Below are positions 42,092 to 55,700 of a DNA stretch of 64,000 nucleotides, in pieces. Location of the stretch: NCBI GenBank assembly GCA_951406725.2, contig OX597815.1:73470001-73534000 (forward strand), in the 5' to 3' direction. The stretch's first letter is position 1. Each line of letters starts with the position of its first letter. A program made the position numbers and the translations under genes. Under the pieces are notes generated by a model. That model was not told the DNA's origin. It saw only the letters and a list, made by a program, of their open reading frames with translations, and made no database searches. The DNA is from Octopus vulgaris (taxonomy: Eukaryota).

Positions 42092-43700
42092 AGGCGGTGA
42101 GCTGGCAGAATTGTTAACACGCTGGGAGACATGCTTAGTGGTATTTTGTCTGTCACTATGTTCTGAGCTCAAATTCCACTGAGGTCAACTATGCCTTTCA
42201 TCTTTTCGGGGTCAATAAAATAAGTACCAGATGTACACTGGGGTTGATGTAATCAACTTAACCCCTTCCCCAAAATTGCTACCCTGGTGGAAAAATTTGA
42301 AATAAATACCAGTTGAACTCCAGGATCAGTCTATTCAACTAGCACCCCTCTCACAATTTTTGATCTTGAGCAAAAATTTGAAACTATCATCATCATTATT
42401 ATTATTGTCATTGTTGTTATCTATGGTTTCCTTTCATTATAACTTTATTTCAGCTGCCTTAATACCAGGCATTCTCCAGAGGCCATGAGTAGCAAGGGCA
42501 CATTTGTTTTGCTATGCATGCTAAAATTATCACCACATTTATTCCATTTTAGATGGAGAGTGCTTTCCGTATATATGGGCTGTACCCATTAAGGTAACCT
42601 TTTGTAGTTCATGGAGAATGGAGTTATCAGGGAGTTGCTTAATATACTTCTCAACTCCCTTCTTTATCATTCCCGATGCACCAATTACTATTGGAATTAT
42701 CGTAGTACTAAGCTTCCACATTTTTGTGATTTCAGTTTGCAGATCTTTATAGTGAGAAAGCTTTACGTATTCCTTTCTTGCGACATTTTGATCTTGTGGG
42801 ACAGACATATCTATTAACAGACAAGTTCCTCTGTTGTAGTCCTTGATCACAATGTCTGGTCAACTGGAGTAAATTTTTCTGTCTTTGTATTGGGAAGTTT
42901 CGAAGAATGGTGACACCCTTGCCATTTACTACACCTTCTGGATGGTGCCTGTACCAATTATCATGGCTTGTTATTATTATTATTATTATAATTATTATTA
43001 TTATTATTCACCAGAAGTTACAAAGTGACTCAAGGATCAAGAGTCTTGTGCACTGGCACTTAACACTGCATGAGATCTCAGCCCTTGAGTCAAACGATAA
43101 CTTTTGATTAATAATAGAAAATACACACACACATGCACTTTATTTCAGTTTTCTGCTTACCAAATTCACTCACAAGACTCAAGATGTTGACTGTTCTAGG
43201 GAGTTAAAATAGAATGCCAGTGGTGTCATGCAAATGTCTTTATTCCTATTTAAAATAATTTTGAGTACATCTATCAAATTTTAAACTACACTGAGAACTA
43301 CTAGTATGTCTGTGTCTAGACACTTGTAAAAGCTGAGATAGCAAAAAGCCAAAGCGAGAAAATATCCCAAGGACTACAAAGTAAGATACTTTGTACTAGT
43401 AATTATAATTTAAACAGCTATGACTCGAAATAACCTCCCAAGAGACTGTCATGATAATTAAATATTGAAAGTTGTGCAAATATTCTGCAGCAGAAGTGAC
43501 TAAATGAAATTTCATTTTAACTTTATTAATTGATAGGACATTAGAAAAGTGAGACAAAATTAAATCACAGTTTATAGAAGAGATTTCGCTATTTCATGTT
43601 TGTATAATATCTATTGAAGAATTAATGAATCTTAAATTCATAAAAATATTATCAAGCCAATCAGTCTTGCTTTCCTGGGAATTGTTACATATATATATAT

Positions 43701-43750
<50 letters not shown>

Positions 43751-46700
43751 GTACACATACATATTTATATATATATATACATATGATGTTCTACCTAGAT
43801 ATATAAGCAGAATTCATTAAAGATTTATAGATTCACAGGCTGTACTACAGTCATTTATTTAGAAGCTGATGACTACTATAGAGAAAAAAATGTAGCATTG
43901 CTATTGCCATTCTTATCGATAATACTATCCATCAAAGGATCAAAGTGTATCTTTTTATCTTTTACTTGTTTCAGTCATTGGACTGTGGCCATGCTGAGGC
44001 ACTGCCTTGAAGGGGTTTTTTTGTCAAACAAATCAACCTCAGTACTTTTTGTTTTAAAAAAAGTTTGGTACTTATTCCACCAGTCTCTTTTGCTGAATTG
44101 TTATGGGGATGTAAGCAAACCAACACCAGTTGTCAAGCAGTGGGGCAGAACAAACACATACACATAATATACGCACATGCATGCACACACACAGAGAGGC
44201 TTCCACATAGTTTTTTCTACCAAATATATTCACAAGGCATTGGTTGTTCAGGGGCTATAGCAGAAGACATTTGCACAAGGTGATGCACAGTGGGACTGAA
44301 CTTGAAACCACGAGGTTTTAGAATAAGCTTCTTAACCACATAACCATGCTTGTGCCAACATACAGCCATACTAGCACCTATATATTTACATGTTTCAAAG
44401 AATTTCCACAAAACTATTAACTGAATGATTTCAAATCTGTCCTCCAATAAGGAAATACTTGATACCTTCTATAATAGTATAATTAAGAATCCCACTAGAC
44501 ATTTGAGAAAACTGACTTCCTCAAATGTCCAGGGAGAATCCTTAGAAATAGTAGATAGCTTCTTATTTCTTTACTGCCCACAAGGGGCTACACACAGAGG
44601 AGACAAACAAGGCTAGGCAAACGGATTAAGCCAATTATATCGACCCCAGAGCATAACCGGTACTAGTTTAATCGACCCCAAAAGAATGAAAGGCAAAGTC
44701 AACCTCGAGGAATCTGAACTGAGAATGTAGCGGCAGACAAAATAGCGCTAAGCATTTCGCCTGGCATGCTAACGTTTCTGCCAGCTCGCTACCTTAATAA
44801 TAGATAGCTTCTGTTACCTAGTTGACCAAATTAGTAGTGGAGGAAGATGCTCTGAAAGCATAGTTGCTATAATAAGGAATGGCTGAGCAGAGGGCAAAGT
44901 TCTGAGAGCTCCGACCTTTGTTGAAAGGCAAATTGCATAATGCCTGTATACGGACAGCTATGCTACATGGCAGTAAACATATGAAGGCTTGAAAGAAATG
45001 AAGCCAACACACTCCAGTGGATGTGCAAAGTCAGTGTGCTTGTATGACAAATAGTAAATGTTTTATGAGAAAAGTTGGGTATAAGAGGCACCAGATGTAG
45101 TATGCAAGACAGAAGATTGTGCTGGTATGATCATGTGATGTATATGGATGGAGACAGCTGCATAAAGAAGTGCTGATCACAAATTGTGGAGGGAACCTGT
45201 GGAAGATGTAGACCCAGGAAGATGTGGCATGAAGTATGAGAAAGGATTTTCAGATGTTGAGCCTGACAGAGGAGAAACAAGAGATTGAGACTCCTGGCGT
45301 TTACTAAGTGAAATCAGGGCCATCTATACATACAGGCATGACCTTTACAGCTAGGCATCTCTGCCCAACTTCATCCAACTCACACACACATTCTGTGCTC
45401 AGTCAAAACTCCCCAGCAACCTATCTTCTCAATACCCCCATTCCACCACCCATGATCCCCGCCCACTGCAGGCTTCTCCACTCTCCTTTATGTGCCTATC
45501 TGCACACTCTCCATGCCCTCACATATCTACATACACACCACCTAGCCACTACAGTTTCTCACCATCACTTGCTGCAGTCACCTCTTCCTCATCTCAAAAC
45601 ATCTCTCCTCACACTTTTATGGAGCACTCCCTCTATCCCTTTTGCATCACTTATATTCCCTCCCCCAACCACTGTTCCCTGAGGGTAGGCTCCTGATGCA
45701 TCTCCAACCCTATTTCTTTTTCTCTCTCACTCTGTCTCTCTATCTTTCTCTCTCCTTCCTCTCCTTTCTTTTTCTACTGGAGCTGACACCTATCTCTATC
45801 CCTCTATTATATTCTAACCTCTCACATGGCACACAACCACTTCCTTCAGTTCCACTCACTCTTCCAGCTGAAGGGTCTTCATCTTGTAATTACTTGGCAA
45901 TTCCTCTAGTGTTGGTGCCCTGTCAAAAGCACTAGTGCTGGTGTCACATGAAAAGCATCCAGTACACTCTGTAAAATGGTTGGTATTGGGAAGGGCACCC
46001 AGCTGTAGAACCCATGCCAAAGTGAACAATGGAGCCTAGTGTGACTTTCTGGCTTACCAGCTCCTGTCAAACTGTCCAAACTATGCCAGCATGGAAGACA
46101 GACACTAAATGATGACAACAGTGGTGGTGGTGGTGATGCCGACGCCGACGACAATGCCGCTGCAGCCACCGCCGATGACGACACTGACGATACAGAGCAG
46201 ACCCAAAAAGAAAATTATTTATACATCTCAAAACTCTCAACCACTGTAAAAAACCTAAAAAGATGTACTGAAGTATTGTGGGTCACACCTATCTATTCCA
46301 CTCACAAAGTTAAAATCCAAAATAACGAGAGATTTTCTAACCTTAATAGACAAATAAATCCCTGTCACACTTGTTTGCCATTCATTGTATCCACCCTACC
46401 ACTTTCCCTATCTCTATCCATCCACCCCCTCACTCTCTCCATACACTCTTGCACCCTCTATTCACCCACTGTTCTTTTGTTCTCACTCTCTCTTCTTTTC
46501 CCCATTTTGTACACCAAGGGTTCATCCCGGCATCTTGTCACCACCATCTTTATTTCTCTTTCCAGCTCCATCCTTATATAGTGCTAAGTAGCTGGAAATC
46601 TCTTCTCAGTAACAAACTTTTTTCAGCCCTTTCTTTCACATTTTAACCACTCAATACTTAGCATAAAGCCACATTGTAGCTCTACTCTTATGAGCTACAA

Positions 46701-49158
46701 TGGCAACCTCACTAGTGCTGATGCCTTGAGAAAAAAACACCTAGTACAAAAATGGTTGGCATGAGGAAGGACATCTAGCCATAGGAACCATACCAAAGCA
46801 GACATTGGAGCACAGCACAGTCCTCCAACTCATCAGATCCTGTCAAACTATTCATCCCATACCAGCATGGAAATGGATGGATATTAAATGATGATAATAC
46901 ACACATAAACAAGCAACTGTGTGTGTGTGTGGTGCATGTGCATGTGTGTGCATGTGCATGTGTGTGCATGTGTTTGCATGTGTGTATTAAGGCACCTGTG
47001 CAAGTGACATGTAAAAGACACCCAGTACACTCTGTAAAGTGGATGGCATTAGGAAGGGCATCTAGCCATGGAAACCAAGCCCAAACAGACTAGAGCCTGG
47101 TGCAGCTCTACAGTTTACCAGCTCTGGTCAAACTGTCCAACCCATGCCAGCATTGAAAACAGGCAGTAAATGATGATGATGATGATGATGATAATGATGA
47201 TATTTATACATATATGTAGGCACTTCTGCTGTGAAGTGAGGATGTGAGGACTATATCAGCTACCCACAGATTCACTGCAGTCCATCATTAGTAAGGCATC
47301 ATGATGGGGGAGCAAAACAAAGACATTGAGGTATTATTTTGCAGTCATATTCTCTTCCTGTCTCTAACTTTCAACTAATAAGGGATATTTTATTCCACTC
47401 ATCTTTGAAATTACAAAAGCTAGCAGATGATTTGTGGAGAGAGAAAATTACAACAATAATTTTGCCACAGGAAGCCCGGTAATTTTTGAAGAAGTACAAA
47501 TGTAAACACACACACATACATACACAAAACGGGCTTCTTTCAGTATCCATCTACCAAATCCCCTCATGTGGCTTTGGTCAAGCAGGAGCTGTCACAAAAG
47601 ACAGTGGGACAGAACTTGAAATCACATTGCAAAGAGAACTTCTCAACCACACAATTATATCTACACCCTACACAGACATGCATACACACACACACACACA
47701 CAGAGGGTGTGGTACATAAATTGTTGTCTAAATTATGCAAAAATGAAAATAACATTGACATCTCATTTTAACAGATATATTTACCAAAATTACATAAAAA
47801 TATCTTGAAATACTAAAGAGTAAATTTATTCAATAAAATCGCCATTGGCTTCAACCATGGCCTGCAGACTTCAGAATCTCTTGCAACTCTTCTGGATGGT
47901 CTCCTTGCTTAAGCTGGTGAATATGCTGCCACAATCTTTGCCTTCAGTTCATCATTGGTGCTACAAGGAATTTTGTTGGTCTCTCATGCAATTGCACCCC
48001 ACACTTATTAATCAAGGGGCTTGCAGTCTGGGAAGTTAGATGGCCAGTTGTTAAAGGTGATGTGATTCCAGAAATTGTCTGACGGCCATGACTGGGTTCT
48101 CCTGCTTGTGTAGCATGATGCTGAGTCCTGTTGCCAGACATAAGGTCTTTCAGCTGCCACCCTGTTGACCTAGGGCAGCACTACCTCCCCCAGGCACTTG
48201 ATGTAGGACTCCATTCTGAGTGTGAAGCAGTGTGGAAAGATGAATGAAGGCATAATGTCACCTTCACTAGTGATCACTCCAAACACTATGATGTTGACTG
48301 GATGTTTGATTTTTATCACTCTCGGTACATGTCCTCAGAGTGACATCCAAACACTCTAAAATATTTGTATTGGAGTTTCCGGTGCAAATGCCAAGCAGTA
48401 CAGTACATCGTTTCCAAATTTTTGGCAGAGTGAATTGCATCATGGTGCTGTTTTTGTCCCAGATGGTGCCCAGCTGACCCTACTATACTGTGTAGTTGAC
48501 AAAATCAAAAGCAAACAATACACATGCATAGAATTAAAGATATAAAATGGCAACAATTTACTCATCACACTGTATATATATATATATATATATAATATAT
48601 AATAAATATATATATATATACTTTTATTAAAACTGTAAAAATTTTCACAAAGTGTTACCCAGAGTTTTATGTTATTCACTAGACAACAGTTGTGATCATA
48701 ATGCCTGATCACAAATGTCCGACAAAGGGTAATGTGAAACCTTGAGTAAGTTTGTGAAGAATTTTACAACTTTAATAAAAGCATAGTATTCTACCTTCAG
48801 TATTTGAGTACTATTTCTTTCCACCTTGTTTTGTATTTATGTGTGTGTGTGTGTCTTTCTGCTTGTTCTACAATATATTTCAATGCTTCAAAAACTAACT
48901 TTTGCTTGTTTACATATGACGTAATATATTGGTATTGGCATCCTTTCTGTCTCGGGAGACAATGGAGTTGCGCATGTTTTTTTTTTTTGTTTTTTTTTTG
49001 TAGTCTAGTTCGGCTTTTATATTTCATGTCCTGATACATTTCCTGCTGTGGCTGTGTAGTCCTATCCTGGACAAACACTCCCTCTGGCAGGATAGGACTA
49101 CACAGCCACAGCAGGAAATGTATCAGGACATGAAATATAAAAGCCGGACTAGACTACA

Positions 49159-49238
<80 letters not shown>

Positions 49239-49996
49239 TACATACATACATACATACATACATACATACATACATACATACATACATACAAGGGTAAGTT
49301 AAAAGTTATACACACTCCTGTTTCTGTAATTTAATAAAACAACAGCAGGGGTTAAGGAATTACATCATTTTTGGGCATAGCCTCCTTACTTTTCGATGCA
49401 CTTCTTCCAGCAGTCTACAAGCTTCCATATTCCATTGGAGAAGGTTTTCAGCTGGTCATGCAGCCATCTCTGCACTGCCATCTGTACTTCATCTGTAGCA
49501 AATTGCTGACCTTATAAAAGATGTTTGAGCATTCCAAAGATGTGATAATCAGAAGTGGGGAGATCTGGACAGTATGCAGAGTGTCCCAGCAACACAAAAT
49601 CCAATTTTTCAATGGTTGTAAAAGTATGGGTGGGCAGGCAAGCAAACATCCTAACCTTAGAACCCATACCAAAGATGACATTGGAGATAATACAGCCCTG
49701 TGGCTCATTGGATTCTGTCAAACTGTCCAACCCATGCCAGCATGAAATACAGATGTTAAATAATGATGATGATGATGTATGTGTTTCTCTCTTCTTCTCT
49801 CCCTCCTCTCTCTCTCTGTCCCTCATATAAATCACCATACTTCCATACTAATTGTATTACCTAGTGTCTATGAGAATTGTGATGCTATTTTGTGTAGAAA
49901 TAAATTAAATTTCTTACTAGAAACCTTTCTGTTCTAAATTTGTTTGACCTAGTTTGAATGGATTTTCGAAAGAGATTAAACCAAGATTTCATAATC

Positions 49997-50052
<56 letters not shown>

Positions 50053-51290
50053 TGATACCGATGTGACAGCTTGATCATGTTTCTCTTGTTCTTGGAGTTT
50101 TTCTTCATGGAATTTTGCTTCTACCATTTTAATTTGCTTTTCACGCTGAGGAGAAAATTTTACATAAATTCAGGAAAAATCAAAATTTTGGTTCCAAATT
50201 TTGAATCAATAAAAGCATTAAAATGTAAAAGAAAAAAAAAGATAAGAATTATAATAATTACTCAGTAAACAACAGTATTTGAGATTTGGGATTAGCCAAA
50301 GTCAGATAATATGTACTTTACTGCTACAAAAACCAAAAAAAATTCTTTACAGTTGTTCCAAGAGACAAACAAGAGCCATGATGGTGGTGGTGGTGGTGGT
50401 GGTGATGGAAATAATGGTGACAGCAATGATAATAATGGTGATATTGACAGTGAAGAGGATGACTAGAATGATGATAATAACGGTGATGACAATAATGATG
50501 GTTATGACAGTGATGATGAGGTAGAAGGAGGGGGATCGATTATCATTGTAATTGACATTGCCATCATTTTTAACAATACATTTAACATCTGTATTGGGCG
50601 CTAGTCTGTCACACACAAAGAGAAAACTGCCAATCTCTGTTGCTTGTAGAAGATTTTAACTTTATTTTCCTTACATTCACATGCTATTTCTATCATCAAC
50701 TATTTTACAGCATGTTCTGAGAGCAAATGCTCCTTCCAAACCCAAAATGTTCCTTCTACTTTCTGTCAGCTTCTATTTACAACTACAAACCTGTCAAATG
50801 AACTACTTTTAGTGTAGCTTGTCAAGTTCACATTCTCTCATGTGTTTAACTCTTTCGTTACCAGCCCGGCCAAAACCGGCTCTGGCTCTGTAGTATAAAT
50901 GTCTTGTTTTCATAAGTTTTGCATTAAAATATACCACCAAACCTTAGTCACAATTTATGTTCCTAACACTAGCTGAATGATAACCGAGTTATTTTACTAA
51001 ATTCTTTCTTATATTTAAAATAATTGAAAGAAACACAGAGCATCTCAAAATAAATACAGTAACGAAAGGGTTAAGGTGAGACCTTTTCATGTACATACAG
51101 TCGGACTGTCTGGTATAGACATGGCTGTGTGGTAGGAAGTTTGCTTCCTAACCACATGGTTTCAAGCACCAAGGGCAAATGCCTTTTATTATAACCCTGG
51201 GCTAACCAAAGTGGAATTGGTAGGCAGAAACTAACAGAAGCCTGTCAGATGTGTGTGTGTGTATGTTAGAGGGAGGGAGGGAGAGAGAGT

Positions 51291-51322
<32 letters not shown>

Positions 51323-52663
51323 AAGAAAAAGAGAGAGAGTGACTTAGTTGTCTCCTTGCTTTGAGAGTTGTGAGTGTCACTGCCATGCAAGTGATGACAT
51401 TTGTTTCCAATCTTCTGTGGAAACATGTCTAGACATGGAAATATTACTTTACTTTATGGGGAGAGGGTTAGTTGATTACGTCAACTTCAGAACTTGACTG
51501 GTACATATTTTATTGACCCGCAAAGGATGAAAGGCAAAGTTGACCTCAGCAGCATTTGCAATCAGGACATAAAGAGCTGGAAGAAATGCTATTAAACATT
51601 TTGTTTGGTGTGGTGCTGATTCTGCCAGTTTGCTGCCTTCTATTTCAATATAATAAAAGTCTAACACAGGCAAAGTTTTTCAGAGACACTTTGTGCCTAT
51701 ACTCAGTCTGGTGCAGTACACATTTGGATTATTTAGCCCTCTGCTAATACTAATAATTACTATTCTGAAATGTTAAATGATTTCCTTCCATAAACAGAAA
51801 CAGCAAGGTTTAATAAATAGAAATAGAAATGGTAGAGTGAAGGTTTGGATGTGTTTGATCATAAGGCTGCTTGATGAAGGTTGACATGGAAAAACAGATG
51901 TTAAATGATGTCAGGTTCTTCTTCAGAGTACACAGCTTCATAGTCGTGTTACTTTCATTATAGTTAAGAAGTTAAACTTCTTCATATGGAATGGAATAGG
52001 GGCTTAATTACCAAGCCAGGCCTAATTAAGTGGCCCTACATAAAAGTTGTTACTTTTATGTAGGTAGGAGGAGGGAGCTTACAGAGTTAGTTTGGGTGGC
52101 TGGAAATGAGGCTTCTGCCTCCATGATACAGAATGACAAGACAGTTAGGTACCAAGAGAGCTTTTGTGATTTCTGTTTGTGTAACATCAAGTAAATTAAC
52201 CAAAATTTCAGTTGAAATCTTAGGAATGAATCATTTGCATATCTCAATTTTAGTAGATTCCAACATGTTTCCAACTTCTCCACCCACCAGGTCATTAGTA
52301 CAGGACAAGTCAACCTTTGAATCATTAGTGTCCCTGTGAAACTTCTGCTGACTTAAGATAGAGAATTCATTTAAAGAATGGGGAATTCACTTATATCAGT
52401 CAATACATTGGGAAAGATTTGCTTTTATAAATTCCCATTTCCCATTCACTATAGATTTGAATCTTTACACCCCTGTAAAATGGTAGTATTTAAACATATT
52501 TATACATAATCTCTGTAGTAGACATGTGGATGTCATAGCAGTGATTCACAAGCGAGTATGACTTGGTCCTATGTGCTTTTGCTAATTATTTTAGGTACCT
52601 ATGTCACATGCAGACATAGACACCTCCTCAGAATTGATCTAGCAGAACACCAAGGATGTGACA

Positions 52664-52736
<73 letters not shown>

Positions 52737-55700
52737 GGGTGCCACAGCACAAAGCTGGCACTCATTTTCAGATGGGGAAAGTGGAGTAACATGAAAAAAC
52801 ACTTAGTTCAAAAAGATATGGTTACCAACCAGTCCAGGAATTGAACCCCAACACCCTAACCACTAGTCTACATATATTCACTTCACATAAATATGATGCC
52901 ACTTTCTTATATTAGTAACATATCCATTTCTAGACACAACCCACTATAACTTTAACCCTTTTGTATTCAGATTACTCTGTCAAATGTAATGCTTATTTAT
53001 TCACACTAATTTGAATTAGTCATGCATTATCTCATAACTTTGAAATTTCAATCGTGATTGTTTATTTTTAGAATGACATTGTAGAATAGGTGTGAGAAGC
53101 CAGATCAGTTCAATTGTGCCATATAACAGGTAAAATATTTGGGCCGGATATGGATGGCTTAAATGCTAAAGGGTTAACAAGGTATACCAAAATGAGTACA
53201 TTGGAATAGTTTCCTACTACCTTTTGGGGGTAGACATGCAACACAATATTTTTAAAGTAGAAGTGAATAAGGTGTGTTGTGATAGTCATGCCTTTCTGTA
53301 AAGACATTATCCTGTGAAGCTGAACAGAAAATAGCATGAAATAGAAATCACGACAGAGTCCACAAACTTGGCTTGCAGTATCAAGCTCACTAAATATAAA
53401 ACTACTAGAAATATATTATCCACTCATTTCAAGTTATAACTTTTCCTACACATCTTTTAACAAGAAATATTTAATTAAATTTGTGCCTTACACATCGGCC
53501 AAACAATATCATCCAGTAACAATGACATCATAGAATCTATTATAAAACTGTCCTTCTTGACTTGAGAAGCTCGAAACAAACCAAGAGAAATTAATTGTTT
53601 GAGTTTCCTTCAATCAAACGGAATTAATATTTAGTATTGTGCATTCAAAGAGAATTTTTATTATAAGGGGAATATTTAAATGTAATTTTGCTCACAATTG
53701 ACTGTAGCTTTTAGATTTCGAAATTCTAAGGTAAGAAATAGTGTTGCCTGCTACTGCTGCTGCTGCTGAACAACAACAGATAGTCAATAAAACAAAGTCG
53801 TTGTCGTGGCTTCGAAGTCATTGTACTTTATTGCTATTGCAACGGCTTTGTGTTATATTTGCACTTTATTATATTACAATTTATGATTACAATTCACCAC
53901 AATACATCGGCATTCTTTTACAATTTAATTACATTACAACCTGATATTTAATCAAAAGAATATCATCTGAAGCTAAATAAAAACTCAGTTGAAATGAGGT
54001 TTATTAGCTATAAAATATACTTGCTATAAACATAACGCATATCAATACAAACAAAAGCAATTCTTTGTATTGCAAAAATTTCAATCATTCTTTTGTAATT
54101 TAAAAACAATAAAAATGTGCAGATATTTACCAATTCCCCCCCATTGACAGATGAAAGAGGTGTGTTTATAAAAGATATGAATGGAAGCTAGATTCCAAAA
54201 GCAGGTTTAATCTGTACTGTTTGATATCATTGAAACTCTGACCAGGATCAAATTTTTCATAGAAAATGGAATAGCATGGAATAGTTTTGTATAGGTTTGT
54301 CTAAAAACACTTAATACTTACTTCATAGCGTTCATTAGACTGAATTAATCTTTGAGAATCATCGATTAAGCCTATAAAATAAAATATGAGGAGATAATTA
54401 AACTTCTATGAATAGAGTTTTACAAATTTGGGAATTTTTTTCCTTATGTTCGGAATTTTGAAAGGTTAATGAAAATTTATCAGCCTTTAATAATCACTTT
54501 CATTGCTGTAGCGTGTCTGTATGAGAGTAGCAGGAGGCTGCTACTCTCACACATAGTAATGAGCTAATGCTGCATCATACCTAGGGAATGGCTGTGTGAT
54601 GAAGAAGTCAGCTTTGAAACTAGGTGGTAAAGGGTTCATTCCTATGGCATGGACACTATCAGTTGGTGCCTTCTACTATAGCAATATATCAATGGCCTAT
54701 GAGAGAAACTTGGTAGGAAGGAACTATATCATCATCATCAGCAGCAACAGCAGCAGCATTTAACGTCCACTTCTCTATGTCTGCATGAGTTAGATGAAAT
54801 TTATTGAGGCAGTTTCTCTATTGCTGGATGCCCTTCCTGTCATCAACCCTCACCTGTTTCCATGCAAGATAATATTTCCCCACTGGCCAGACATATTTTT
54901 GCAGAATATTGGAAATGAATGACACTGCTTGTATGATAGTGACAATCATTTACAACTATCATGCAATGCCAAAACAAGGACACACACACACACACACAAA
55001 CATATATATGATAGGCTTTCAGTTTCTGTCTGCCAACTCCACTCACACAGTGTTGGTTGGCTCAGGGCTACAGAAGAAGGCACTTGCTTAAAGTGCTACA
55101 CAGTAGGACTGAACCTGAAACTATGTGGTTAGCAAGCAGACCTTTTAACTACATAGCCAAGTCTTTCTATACAGATATGTGTAAGAGTATGAGTGTGTGT
55201 GAGTGAGTGCATGTGTATGTGTGTGTGTGCACATGTGTGTACATTCCCCTGTCCTGAAATGAGCATGTTTATTGTGATACAAAGAACACCATCATAGAAA
55301 AAGCATTGTTTGCCTGCAATTCTCTATGAAAACATGTCTGGCCATTGAACTACTTGTTATTCAAAAGAACTAGAGAAAAATTTTACTTTGTCAGGAAAAA
55401 GGTGAGTGTTGGTGACAGGAAGAGCATGTGGCTGTAGAAAAATCTGCCTCAACAAAGTTTTCTCTGAACCATGCAAGCATGGAATTTAATCACAATGCCA
55501 CCACCAGCAATGAGGAGAATGATGGCAAGGATGGGCTAAGAAGAGAATATAGAAGGTAGCTCTTAACCTTTTAGAGATGAAGCTTCATTTGGTGTTGCAA
55601 TGCCAACAAGACGGAGCCCTTTTCACAAGCCCTACAGAGGTCACACACTTATTTTTCGAAAAAATCATAAAAAATAAAGTAATTACTTTTGTATCATTGC

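Noticed and set aside
48709-48757. tcacaaa...ccgacaa-agggt..acctt-gagtaag-tttgtga hammerhead-like geometry
   Set aside because: Too many core mismatches to support.
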